This document shows positions 14,333 to 23,069 of a DNA stretch of 30,713 nucleotides, piece after piece. The stretch is from a virus (taxonomy: Duplodnaviria > Caudoviricetes). The notes beneath the pieces were generated by a model, which had not been told where the DNA came from, did no database searches, and saw only the letters and a program-made list of their open reading frames with translations. Position 1 is the first letter of the stretch. The number at the start of each line of letters is the position of its first letter. The position numbers and the translations under genes are program-made. The DNA is taken from positions 1 through 30,713 of the IMG/VR virus record IMGVR_UViG_3300025012_000235; one strand, written 5' to 3'.

Positions 14333-16998
14333 GCCGTCACCTTGCCCTTGACCTCCCGGAAGGTCAGCATCGGCACCTGACTCAGCTCCGTTATCGGCGA
14401 CCCCAAAGGCGGCGGCCGGATATGCGCGATCTGGTTCTCCCAGGTCGCGGGCACATCCACCACGCCCCACTTGAAGCGGCGGATTACCTGAGCATTGGCC
14501 TCGGCGTCGGTCGTGACCTTGTCCTCCAGCGTGGATGTCAGGTTCGTCCAGTGGCTGTACCGAGACTTCACTCCCTCGTAGTCCACGTAGACATCCCATT
14601 CGCGCTCGATCACGAACTTCTGCACCATCGTTATCAGCCAGGGCCCGCCGAGGGGTGTCTTGGCCGAGCTGGCGGCGTTGTTCAGGGTGATCCTTGGGAT
14701 CGCGTCCCGGTAAGGCACGCCGGACGAAGGCACCAGGTATTCCTCGAAGGCCTCGTCCAATGCTCCGGTGTTGATCTCGGCGCTCGAAAAAGCGGTGTCG
14801 CCGCCGGTGTCCATCTCCATCTGGCAGGTGCCGTAAGAGCCGCCCGTGGCCGAGATCTCCCGCGACAGGTAACGGATCGAGTAGAAGGCTTTGTTGTTCT
14901 CCTCCGGCCCAAAGTCCAATCGCGGCATACGCAGGAACAGCGGCCCGTTCTGCTTAAGGATGGTGGTGTTGACCAGCGCACTCTCGAAGATGTTGCGCGG
15001 CTGGAACATCCTGGCCACGCTCAGTCCGGTCGTGCTCACCGGGTAGAGCCGGTAGCGATATTGCTGGTGAGTGTCGATGGCCGCTTCCGCCCACGGCAGG
15101 GGCACGGTGGCGATGGCGGCGCTCTTGCTCTGTAGAGGCGTAGAGGCGTGCCAGGTGCCGTTGACCCAGTACCACCATTGGGCATTTGTCCCGTCCTCGT
15201 TGGCGACTTCGCAGATCAGGACGGAGCCGGCCGCGAACATGTTGACCACACCCACGGCCGAGGCGTAGCCGTCGTGCTTGAGGAAGCCCAGGTCGCGCAC
15301 CGTGCCCGCCGCATCGACGTGCAGCACCTTCTTCGCGAGGTTGTTCGAGGTGTCGCCGCAGACCGCCACGCCGCCGGCGAAAGGCACGGCGAAGGTGACC
15401 GTCACCAGTCCGGTGTTCGGGTAGGTGCTCGACACCACCGGCCGGTCACCTTCGGAGTCGTAGCTGAAGGTGTCGAACTCCAGGAAGCGTGGCACGTTGC
15501 GGGCGCTGGCGTCGTCCGTAACCGGCCTGACCGCCGCGACCGTCGTCAACGCACCGGGGAGCTTGCCGACCATGAACCCGCCTTCAGTGATGGTTACGGG
15601 CGTACCCGGCAGGCGGTAGTAGACCGTCATGCGTATGTGGTCAACCTGTGCGATAGCACCAGCGTTGTCGCCATCAGCGGCGATGGCGGCCCCGAAGCCC
15701 GACGAATTGACAATCGCGGGCGTTAGGGTCGCGCCCCAAAGGTCTGCTGAACCGCCATAAGAGGTGTAAGCCTCCGAACCCGTTATCGGCCATTCGGTCG
15801 AGGTGTCGGCCTTGTTGTCCGAGATAGCCGTGGTGGAGGTCACGTAAAGGGAGGAGGTCGAGTCGTAGATCGTGTCAATGCCGTTGATCAGGACTACGGC
15901 TTCATCGGCCATGTTGTCGGTGGCGGCGGCTTCCGACTTTTCGATCTCTACCAGCACTCCCAGAATCTTGGCCGAACTCGGGACATTGAAGCCGAAGGTG
16001 TGGACGGCCAGGAGGGCGGATGTGTTGGTCCCTACGGTTACGGTGGCCCTGGAATCATTAGACGTGAGGGCGTTGGTCGGGTTCGTCCAGACCGTCCCGA
16101 GTTGAACCGCGTCCAGGAAAGCCACCGCCGAGGCCCCGCCCGGACTCTTGGCCCCGGTGTTCTCAGTAGAGTTGGAGGTGTTGTCGATGTCTTTCGTTTC
16201 GGCCAGGACAACCCGCTTGAGCGTCGTGATCGGGATCGAGTCGGTGGACTTGGCGTAGAAGATGCTCGTAACGTCGCCATAGCGGCCCCAGAATGGCACA
16301 TGGTCCAGCCCGGCGGTGTTCAGGTACTCCATGCCCCAGATCAGGTCGTTGGAGTCGCCGTAGGTGACAAGCTCGGTCTTGGTCAGCGGGTTCGCGGTGA
16401 TGTCCGTAACCCCGAAGATGTCGTTGGTCTGGCCGTTCGTGGCGAAAGCCAGGTAATCGGCCGAGTTCAGCCGGATCGGCCTGACGGCGGTGATCGAGTT
16501 TGTAAGCGCCGCCCCGCCGGGGGTCACGTCTCTAAGGGCAGGATTAGAGTCCGAAGTCGCGGCCAGGATGTACTTGTCGATCCCCACGCCGAAGCGGAGC
16601 GCCGACTGGCCACCGTTGAACTGCCAGCCGTGGACTCTGAGGTTCGCCGCCGCGTAGCCGGATGCATCGACCGAAATCAGGCTCGATTGCGTGGTCAGGA
16701 CGTAGGGTAGGGCGCACTCGCCGGGGACGTGCGTCTGTAGGCCCTCGTTGTATTCTTGGCGGTTGAGGTCGCGGCGCCAGTCGCCCCTTCTCTTGAACAG
16801 GCCCCCGGAGAAGTCGGCGATCTTGGCCGTGACATAGCCGCGCTGGTCGGAACGCTGGCCTTCCGGCCCCGAGCTCACCCCCTGAGGGTTGCGGGAGTAA
16901 CGGCGCTCCACCACCGCGAAGGCGGGGATCGCCTTGCCGGCGAACTCGACCAGCTCCGCGGGCCTGGATGTGTCGGGCTTGGCGGGGGCCTGTACCAT
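14329..16998 (-). CDS. large tail protein (nozzle / tail tubular B-like) with an inserted beta-sandwich domain
   Basis: 889 aa, beta-rich, D-F-S-G-G N-terminal motif, position after the adaptor-like gene. Confidence 0.6.
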   Translation of the reverse strand: MVQAPAKPDTSRPAELVEFAGKAIPAFAVVERRYSRNPQGVSSGPEGQRSDQRGYVTAKIADFSGGLFKRRGDWRRDLNRQEYNEGLQTHVPGECALPYVLTTQSSLISVDASGYAAANLRVHGWQFNGGQSALRFGVGIDKYILAATSDSNPALRDVTPGGAALTNSITAVRPIRLNSADYLAFATNGQTNDIFGVTDITANPLTKTELVTYGDSNDLIWGMEYLNTAGLDHVPFWGRYGDVTSIFYAKSTDSIPITTLKRVVLAETKDIDNTSNSTENTGAKSPGGASAVAFLDAVQLGTVWTNPTNALTSNDSRATVTVGTNTSALLAVHTFGFNVPSSAKILGVLVEIEKSEAAATDNMADEAVVLINGIDTIYDSTSSLYVTSTTAISDNKADTSTEWPITGSEAYTSYGGSADLWGATLTPAIVNSSGFGAAIAADGDNAGAIAQVDHIRMTVYYRLPGTPVTITEGGFMVGKLPGALTTVAAVRPVTDDASARNVPRFLEFDTFSYDSEGDRPVVSSTYPNTGLVTVTFAVPFAGGVAVCGDTSNNLAKKVLHVDAAGTVRDLGFLKHDGYASAVGVVNMFAAGSVLICEVANEDGTNAQWWYWVNGTWHASTPLQSKSAAIATVPLPWAEAAIDTHQQYRYRLYPVSTTGLSVARMFQPRNIFESALVNTTILKQNGPLFLRMPRLDFGPEENNKAFYSIRYLSREISATGGSYGTCQMEMDTGGDTAFSSAEINTGALDEAFEEYLVPSSGVPYRDAIPRITLNNAASSAKTPLGGPWLITMVQKFVIEREWDVYVDYEGVKSRYSHWTNLTSTLEDKVTTDAEANAQVIRRFKWGVVDVPATWENQIAHIRPPPLGSPITELSQVPMLTFREVKGKVTA

Positions 16999-17001
16999 TA
17001 G

Positions 17002-17433
17002 CTAAATGAGCCCTCCAAATCCCCCGGACTTTCCCCCGGGGAAGAATTGGTTCAAAGCGTCTTCAAGATTGAAGCCGAATCCCTCAGCGCCGACGACATC
17101 CTCTGGGGCCGCTGGTGCGCCCACGCCACTAAGAGGCTCCAGCTGACCGCCACCGAGGTCAACGGCCCCGGACTGCACCGTGAACGCGCCCTCAGGCGTG
17201 GCCACGATCTGCTCTACCGAAAGCACCGTCCCGGCGGCGGCCTCTTCTCCCAAAGGGAGGGCACCACCCTGGATCGTGGGCGCGAAGAGCATGGATTCAA
17301 TCCTCACGCCGTTGGCAAGAAGGATCGAATCATCAGCCAGCCGGTCAAGGTTTGTGATGCCTGGAAGCTGAGGCGGCGGCTGGTGGCCTGTTGCCACGTC
17401 GTAAGCGGCGGTCCCGATCCTGATTACTGGCAC
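17002..17433 (-). CDS. acidic Gly-rich hypothetical (virion?) protein
   Basis: AAAGGA RBS before GTG 17433. Confidence 0.7.
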   Translation of the reverse strand: MPVIRIGTAAYDVATGHQPPPQLPGITNLDRLADDSILLANGVRIESMLFAPTIQGGALPLGEEAAAGTVLSVEQIVATPEGAFTVQSGAVDLGGGQLEPLSGVGAPAAPEDVVGAEGFGFNLEDALNQFFPGGKSGGFGGLI

Positions 17434-17451
17434 TGTGCTATCCTTTCGCCT

Positions 17452-17712
17452 ATGCCAATCGACAAACTGGTGGTCGCGTATGTCCGGGGCTTCCGGTTCG
17501 TGTTCGTGCCCTTGATGGCGCTGCTGGTGATCGCCGTCATCGCGGCCTCGGCCGTGTCCTCAGGTGTCACCCTGGAACCGACCCCCACGCCTTGCTTCAA
17601 CCCTCGCGCCGAGGGCACGTTCAGCCTGGAGAGGGCGCTGGAAGACACCTTCGGCGTAAAGGAAGGCGGCTCCCGCAAGGGGCTCTTTGAAGCGCCGCGC
17701 ATCTGTCCGTAG
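17452..17712 (+). CDS. 86-aa membrane-anchored protein, antisense to the late operon
   Basis: MPIDKLVVAYVRGFRFVFVPLMALLVIAVIAASA; TGC-TATCCT extended -10 lies 7 nt before the ATG; exactly fills the gap between two minus-strand genes. Confidence 0.7.
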   Translation: MPIDKLVVAYVRGFRFVFVPLMALLVIAVIAASAVSSGVTLEPTPTPCFNPRAEGTFSLERALEDTFGVKEGGSRKGLFEAPRICP

Positions 17713-17713
17713 C

Positions 17714-19000
17714 TCATATCCGTCTCCCGCCGATTGGTCCTGACCACCGCTCTTGCGGCGGTTCCTCGGTGCGGGCATTGGTCTTGGCCTTGCGTTCCTC
17801 ACGGTCGGCAATCTCAGCCAGTGCGGGGAACTTGTCCCTGTAAGACAGGCCGAGATAGACCTTGACCTTCGCCACCAGTTCATCCTCCGGCACCGGATGA
17901 GAAGTAGTGTCGTCAGAGAAGGTGGCGATGTCCGAATAGGGCCTTAGCCCCACCAGCCACAGCGGGTGCTCGGTAAGGTTGGCTTCCGCGTGGCCTTGCT
18001 CGGTCAGCTCGATTGCGTAAGGATTGGCCTCGCCCGGCCGGCGGATATAGCGGTAGTGGACGCCTTCCTGGAGCGCCTCCAGCGTCTTGGAGAAGGCGTA
18101 CCAGAGGTTTGTGTCCTTGGAGGTGTGCCACCTGGCCTTGCACACGGCGCGAAGGTTGAATCTGTGGTCGATCCACGAAGGCAGACGGAAGATGTAGTCC
18201 TCCGGCCGGACGATGCCAGCGCAGTCCCAATCGATGTCCGCCGTCGATTCCGTGCCCTCCAGGTCAAGCTCTACTCCTTCCACGGTGGAAGAGCCCGCGT
18301 AGAGCTTGGCCCCGTACACGAACTCCTCTTCATCGTGCGAGAGGGTATCGAGCGAGTTGTTAGCGCTGTCCCGGAGCCTGAGCACGCCGGTCCCCACGTC
18401 GGCCTTCCAGACGCCGAAGAAGAGCGCCTTGCGCGATTGCCCCAGCCTTACCACCCCGGAGCGGGTGTAGTCTCCCGCGCCGGCGTTGGCGACCGTCATG
18501 GCCTGGCGGCCCGAGAATACGTCCGCTGCGGTCGTCGTCTTGGTGTCGGTAGCGCCGCTCTCGGTCCAGTCCGTATCCGCGGCCGCGCTCATGTCGTAGT
18601 CCGTAGGCCCATGTGCCAGGGGAATCTCGAACTCCGTGAACAGCTCGGCCAGCGCGTCGTTGAACAGGCTGTTGATGTGGTTCGGGTCTACCGAGAGGAT
18701 GTAGGCCGTGACGCCGGTAAGGGTCTCGTTGTAGTTCGGGCCATCGGTGGTGATCGTGGTCGTACCACTGGAGACTGAGACAGAGGCGATCATGCGTACC
18801 TGGTTCGCGCTCGCTCCCGAAGGGAAGTAGAGCCAGTATCCCGTCAGTCCTTCAGAAGCAACTGCCGCCCGTGCCACTCGGGGATCGGTTGTGCTCGCGG
18901 TCAGGCCGCTGGCGGTGGCCGTGGCCGTGATCTTCCAGCCCATCCCCCTACAGCCGGGTTCGTCCAGGAGTTGATCTCTGGCATTGCCTCTCGTTGTCAT
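17714..19000 (-). CDS. putative head-tail adaptor / tail tubular A-like protein
   Basis: 428 aa; TTRGNARDQL N-terminus, INSLFNDALAEL helix, central beta domain; gene order. Confidence 0.55.
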   Translation of the reverse strand: MTTRGNARDQLLDEPGCRGMGWKITATATASGLTASTTDPRVARAAVASEGLTGYWLYFPSGASANQVRMIASVSVSSGTTTITTDGPNYNETLTGVTAYILSVDPNHINSLFNDALAELFTEFEIPLAHGPTDYDMSAAADTDWTESGATDTKTTTAADVFSGRQAMTVANAGAGDYTRSGVVRLGQSRKALFFGVWKADVGTGVLRLRDSANNSLDTLSHDEEEFVYGAKLYAGSSTVEGVELDLEGTESTADIDWDCAGIVRPEDYIFRLPSWIDHRFNLRAVCKARWHTSKDTNLWYAFSKTLEALQEGVHYRYIRRPGEANPYAIELTEQGHAEANLTEHPLWLVGLRPYSDIATFSDDTTSHPVPEDELVAKVKVYLGLSYRDKFPALAEIADREERKAKTNARTEEPPQERWSGPIGGRRI

Positions 19001-20046
19001 CGGGGCCTCCCCTCAGGCGGCGCCAGCCCAAAGCTAGGCCGAGCCAGCCCTGTCCCCGCCGGCGCCAGCCCGCCATCGCGTTGGTGCAGGCCCGTGGACA
19101 ATGCGGCCAAATTTCCAAAACCAGAAATGGGGTGAACCGCTGTGATAACACCTTCGAGGACAGCGGCCGTAGCTTCGGCAACTACACCGCTGACCGTGAC
19201 GATGCGGACGGCCGAGACCGTAGCGGGCAGGGTGGCGGCATCGGCGAGCGCGACCTCGGCGGATATGGTGCGGGCGATCTGTACCGAACCGGCAAGGACG
19301 GCGGCTGAGGCCGTGGCCACGGCGCCCGCGATGCTGACGGTGCCAACGGCGGTGATTACAGCCGCGAGAGCGGCTGCACTAGCCGTAGCCACGACACCCG
19401 AAATAGTGGTGCTGACCGGCGGGGCCGCCGCCTCGATCTCAAGCGCGATGGCGATCTCGCCGTTGCTACTGGCAAACGTCATGTCTACCGTGGTGTCGTT
19501 AAGCTTGTGCTCGGTTTCGTGCCGGGCCGGGTTAGTGCTTGCAACCGCGTGGAGCCCCGTAAAGCCCGAGCCAACGGTCATATCGTTGTCGTCCTGGTAC
19601 TGGTAAAAGCCGCCGTAGGCCATGTTGTTGGCGCTGCCAAAGGCGGCAAGGGTGACTGTCATAGAGGTATCGGGACCGGAGCTGGAGGCGCTAGCTGACT
19701 GGACAACTGCCGCTGAGCCAAGCACATCATCGTAAAAGTTGGCTACCGACCAAAGGCAATAGGATTGTGTATTAGAGCCGAAGTCAATCGTTATCGTCCC
19801 CGATTGGTTTGAACTGACCTTAGCGCTAAAGACCGACATACGGGTAATAGTCCCGGATGCCTGGTTGCGAACCAGCGTCCAGGTCACGCCGGTCTGGGTC
19901 ACGGTAGGAGCAGCGCTGCCAGCCCCTCGCGCACAGACGAAGAGAAGGTTGAGCCGGTCGGCGGTCAGCGCCGCCGTGCCGGTAACGTAGGAGGTCGCGT
20001 CCGTTTCACTGACGCCCGATGTGACATTACCTATGGCAAGCGTCAT
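18997..20046 (-). CDS. virion appendage/fibre protein: beta-sandwich plus Ala/Val-rich repeats
   Basis: S/T-rich N-terminal domain; four ~23-aa repeats of the ISGVVATASAAAL type. Confidence 0.65.
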   Translation of the reverse strand: MTLAIGNVTSGVSETDATSYVTGTAALTADRLNLLFVCARGAGSAAPTVTQTGVTWTLVRNQASGTITRMSVFSAKVSSNQSGTITIDFGSNTQSYCLWSVANFYDDVLGSAAVVQSASASSSGPDTSMTVTLAAFGSANNMAYGGFYQYQDDNDMTVGSGFTGLHAVASTNPARHETEHKLNDTTVDMTFASSNGEIAIALEIEAAAPPVSTTISGVVATASAAALAAVITAVGTVSIAGAVATASAAVLAGSVQIARTISAEVALADAATLPATVSAVRIVTVSGVVAEATAAVLEGVITAVHPISGFGNLAALSTGLHQRDGGLAPAGTGLARPSFGLAPPEGRPR

Positions 20047-20066
20047 CTAAGTTGGCCCGCCATCGC

Positions 20067-20543
20067 CTATGGGAACCCAGTAGCGTCGGCTGGAGTGATG
20101 GAGGCAATGCCGGAGGCGTTGTAGGCGATGGTGAACGTCCCGCCGCCGGACGCGGTTTCGTCCTGCCCGAAGTCTATCCACCACAACAGCGGGTCAGTAG
20201 CCGAAACCCCCGGTGTTACGTCACAGTGCACCAGCCGGCGACCCGTAAAGCCCGAGCCCGAAGACGTCCATACCGTGTTCGCCGCGTCGAAGGTGCTGAC
20301 GTTAAGCGTGTTGTCATGCGTCTTGGTGCCCAGCATTTCGCCCGTGCCGGTCCCGTTCTCAGCCGTGTAGCCGTTGGCGGTCGAAAGCTGGTTCGTGATG
20401 TCGTTGTGGTAGTCGTGGGTGTCCTGGTTGGGCGAATAGGTATTCGTCGTCAGGATCGATGCGATGTTGTCGGCCAGGAAGTCAATTTCCTTGTCGAAAG
20501 CGCTCTCGAAGGCTGCCACGAACCAGAAGGCGGTTACTGCCAG
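20067..20543 (-). CDS. virion structural (tail/fibre-associated) protein, probably initiated at CTG
   Basis: (M)AVTAFW..KEIDF..D..YSPNQDTH..DITNQL..NGYTA..IDFG..GGTFTI family motifs; GAGAGG 8 nt before CTG 20543. Confidence 0.8.
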   Translation of the reverse strand: MAVTAFWFVAAFESAFDKEIDFLADNIASILTTNTYSPNQDTHDYHNDITNQLSTANGYTAENGTGTGEMLGTKTHDNTLNVSTFDAANTVWTSSGSGFTGRRLVHCDVTPGVSATDPLLWWIDFGQDETASGGGTFTIAYNASGIASITPADATGFP

Positions 20544-20643
20544 TTGATTTGCCTCTCTCTCTGTGCTACGAAGCGGTGCCCGCAAGGGAGAACACGAGAC
20601 GCGCCTACTTCGCGGTGCTTCCTCATTGCCCGACCTGCACCTG

Positions 20644-20997
20644 TCATTGACCTACCTGTTTGACGGCGCTATCGGCTGCGGCCGGGACGGCTTGGATCGT
20701 GACTGACTTGAATTCGGGCACCTGATGAACTCTCAAGCCCCTCACGACCTTGCGCCACTTGCGGAAGCAGGCTTCGGCGTGGGTTGTGAACAGCTCCCAG
20801 TTCATGGTCTTGCCGCAGAATGGACAGTTGTGATTGACGGCGTGAGGGTCGAGCATCTTGCCCTTGAAGGTGCGGGCAAGCATTTCGTTAGGGTCTTCCT
20901 TCGGCTTGTCCGGGTCCATAAGGAAGATGTTGGCCCGGTCAAATCGAGGGAAGCTGGCCCTCGCCACGGCCGCGTGAATGACAACTGATTTTCGCAT
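20644..20997 (-). CDS. hypothetical protein with a CPFC..H..C zinc finger
   Basis: abuts the upstream stop (TAG ATG). Confidence 0.7.
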   Translation of the reverse strand: MRKSVVIHAAVARASFPRFDRANIFLMDPDKPKEDPNEMLARTFKGKMLDPHAVNHNCPFCGKTMNWELFTTHAEACFRKWRKVVRGLRVHQVPEFKSVTIQAVPAAADSAVKQVGQ

Positions 20998-21138
20998 CTA
21001 CTTTTTCTTGACCTTCTCCGGCAGCTTCTTACCTTTAGAGGCGCTGTCCCATTCCTTGACGTTCCTGGCGCCGCCAAGCGCCTTCCGCCCCGAAGGTGTG
21101 TGACCCCAGCGCCTCTGGGCCTTGCTCTTGAAGGGCAT
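20998..21138 (-). CDS. 46-aa basic phage microprotein (MPFKSKAQRRW...LPEKVKKK)
   Basis: translated by hand; TGATG coupling; recognisable MPFKSKAQ family. Confidence 0.85.
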   Translation of the reverse strand: MPFKSKAQRRWGHTPSGRKALGGARNVKEWDSASKGKKLPEKVKKK

Positions 21139-21260
21139 CAGTATCCTTTCTTGTGCGCCTTCTTCATCTCGGAATCCTTCATCATGTGCCCACCGGGCAT
21201 CTTGTGCATGTCCTTCTTCATGGGCATCTTTGTAGGCTTTGCAGCCTTCTTCTTAGGCAT
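21138..21260 (-). CDS. 40-aa Lys/Met/His-rich microprotein (MPKKKAAKPTKMPMKKDMHKMPGGHMMKDSEMKKAHKKGY)
   Basis: translated by hand; AAAGGT RBS; coupled to the next gene. Confidence 0.75.
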   Translation of the reverse strand: MPKKKAAKPTKMPMKKDMHKMPGGHMMKDSEMKKAHKKGY

Positions 21261-21280
21261 TGGTTACCTTTCCTTTCTCC

Positions 21281-21664
21281 TCACTTCAGCCATTGGCAGG
21301 TAACGGTGTAGGTCAGGCTGTCGGCGTCCGCGTGGGTAAAGGTGAAACGCCCCACGCGGGGCATAATGCTGCCGTCCACCTCGGTAAAGTTGCCGTCCGT
21401 AGCCCCTGGGTAGATCAGGTAGTCAGTAGTCGCCACGCTGGAAATAGCCACCGCGGCCGTCCAGATCGCTTCCCATCCACCGTTGCCGTCCGGCACCTCA
21501 ATCGCGGGCGTGACCACGGCCGTATCGGTCTCGGCCGTGGACTCGACGATCAGGATGATCCCTTTGTAGTTGGCCGCGTTCGTGAAGTTGATGGAGTGAG
21601 TGGCCGTGGTCGCGGTCAGGGCATAGATTGTCTGGACACCCGGCATAGCCTTAATGCTTGCCAC
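21281..21664 (-). CDS. beta-sandwich virion (head decoration-like) protein
   Basis: 127 aa, beta-rich, YLIYPG..MPRVGRFTFTH..YTV; GGAG RBS. Confidence 0.7.
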   Translation of the reverse strand: MASIKAMPGVQTIYALTATTATHSINFTNAANYKGIILIVESTAETDTAVVTPAIEVPDGNGGWEAIWTAAVAISSVATTDYLIYPGATDGNFTEVDGSIMPRVGRFTFTHADADSLTYTVTCQWLK

Positions 21665-21667
21665 TGC

Positions 21668-22213
21668 TTACTCCTCCTTCGGTGGCCGGCCCCGCCTCGG
21701 CGCCTCGGCAGACTTCCCGGCCAGGGCCAGCATGGCCTCGGTCTGTTGGGTCTGGAGCTGCCGATATTCAGCCTCGCGCTGCTCGTTCAGGTGTTCTTGC
21801 AATTGCCGCCATTCGGCCTTGTGCCGGTTCTCGGCATGGGTGCGCTTGGAGCCGTTGTTAGCGAGGTGGGCGGCCGAACAGGTGCGCGTGACGCCGAGCT
21901 CATTCAGCACCGCCCTCTCCGGACTCTCCGGGTGCAGGAAGCACTTGACGTTGTTCACCCGCCGCTTGGGGGCCTTGCTCTTGTCAGCGGTCCACATGAA
22001 GGAATTGACCGCCGCCTGCGCCTGATAGCGCGGCAGTGTGACTTCCTCCCCCGACTCCATCGACCAGATCGTCACCAGCTTCCGGCCCGGTGACCATTCG
22101 GTGAACTGAATCTCCTGCTCCTCGTCCTTGTCCAGGTTGCCGAGCTGGGTCCTGAGGTCGCGGGCCGCCTCTACCCGCTCGATCCAACGCTGGTCTGTAG
22201 GTGCTGATGTCAT
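21668..22213 (-). CDS. hypothetical protein with a C2H2-like finger and coiled coil
   Basis: CFLHP..C..H..H; C-terminal RRGRPPK. Confidence 0.8.
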   Translation of the reverse strand: MTSAPTDQRWIERVEAARDLRTQLGNLDKDEEQEIQFTEWSPGRKLVTIWSMESGEEVTLPRYQAQAAVNSFMWTADKSKAPKRRVNNVKCFLHPESPERAVLNELGVTRTCSAAHLANNGSKRTHAENRHKAEWRQLQEHLNEQREAEYRQLQTQQTEAMLALAGKSAEAPRRGRPPKEE

Positions 22214-22674
22214 GGGAAACTCCTCTTTCCTGTGCGGCGTGCCCGTTCGTCAAACCAATCTCGGTGTGTCGTCTGGCGCGAGTAGCCGTTTCTCTGCTTG
22301 GTTAGGTGAGGCCCAAAGACGCTGGCATTCCTGATCGCTGCGAGGGCCTCTTCGTCGTACCTGATCGCGTCCTGGATGAGGGTGCTGCCCTCTTTCATCT
22401 CCAATGCCCGCCTGTACCAGCGCAGGTCATGGCGGTGGTCTTCCGACATTTGCAGCATTAAACCCACGGGGTTTTCACCCTCGACGCTGGGCACGAACAA
22501 GGGCGGAATCTTGCCCGCGTATTCGTCGTCCCGGCCGTGGTTGATGCTCGCCCAAATCAAGGCATCGCCGCGCCTCACCCTGATCGTGGTCACGAACCCG
22601 CCAGGGGTCTCCTCGACCTTCATCCCCCAGGTCGGTTCATCGGGCGAGAGGATGTGCGACCAGGTTTCAACCAC
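22210..22674 (-). CDS. hypothetical protein
   Basis: 154 aa; GAGG RBS; ATGA coupling. Confidence 0.75.
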   Translation of the reverse strand: MVETWSHILSPDEPTWGMKVEETPGGFVTTIRVRRGDALIWASINHGRDDEYAGKIPPLFVPSVEGENPVGLMLQMSEDHRHDLRWYRRALEMKEGSTLIQDAIRYDEEALAAIRNASVFGPHLTKQRNGYSRQTTHRDWFDERARRTGKRSFP

Positions 22675-22759
22675 TAGCCACCTCTGCCTTCAGCCGATCC
22701 CACTTCGCCTGGTCGATTACTTCCCCACAGCGCTGGCACTTGTCTGTTAAGATTCGCAT
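22667..22759 (-). CDS. 30-aa microprotein (MRILTDKCQRCGEVIDQAKWDRLKAEVASG)
   Basis: translated by hand; GGAGG RBS; overlaps the next start. Confidence 0.55.
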   Translation of the reverse strand: MRILTDKCQRCGEVIDQAKWDRLKAEVASG

Positions 22760-22761
22760 CG

Positions 22762-22968
22762 ATGGAACCCTCCAAGCCGGACTACGGTATTCTTCGGCGC
22801 CGCTACCGCCAGCGATGGCTCACGATGATGCGCCGTTTCTATGGCCCTGAATGGTGGCGGCTGTATCTTCGAATTGCCCGTGAGCTGCGCCGATCCCAGA
22901 ACGGCCGCACCGATTACTTGGCCCTCTTCGATTCCTTCGGCGCGGATTCTCATCGCCTTCTCCCGTAG
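22762..22968 (+). CDS. 68-aa Arg/Trp-rich protein, antisense to the late operon
   Basis: TGT-TAAGAT extended -10 lies 8 nt before the ATG; amphipathic helices. Confidence 0.5.
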   Translation: MEPSKPDYGILRRRYRQRWLTMMRRFYGPEWWRLYLRIARELRRSQNGRTDYLALFDSFGADSHRLLP

Positions 22969-23069
22969 AGATAGCCTCCGCAGCGGACGCAGTAGTCGCC
23001 CAGCCTGAGAGCAGGCGAGTGCCCGACCCTCCGGCAGACAAACAAGCGTCGATAGAGTCTTGCCAGCAT
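22950..23069 (-). CDS. 39-aa zinc-binding microprotein (MLARLYRRLFVCRRVGH..CVRCG)
   Basis: translated by hand; TGATG coupling. Confidence 0.6.
   Translation of the reverse strand: MLARLYRRLFVCRRVGHSPALRLGDYCVRCGGYLYGRRR

Noticed and set aside
13897-15135. 412-aa plus-strand ORF and the other long antisense ORFs in the track
   Set aside because: Antisense shadows of well-supported minus-strand genes in GC-rich DNA; no RBS or recognisable motifs.
22747-22953. Minus-strand ORF MRIRAEGIEEG...
   Set aside because: It has ATGA coupling but looks less protein-like than the opposite-strand ORF, which has a promoter signal; not fully excluded.
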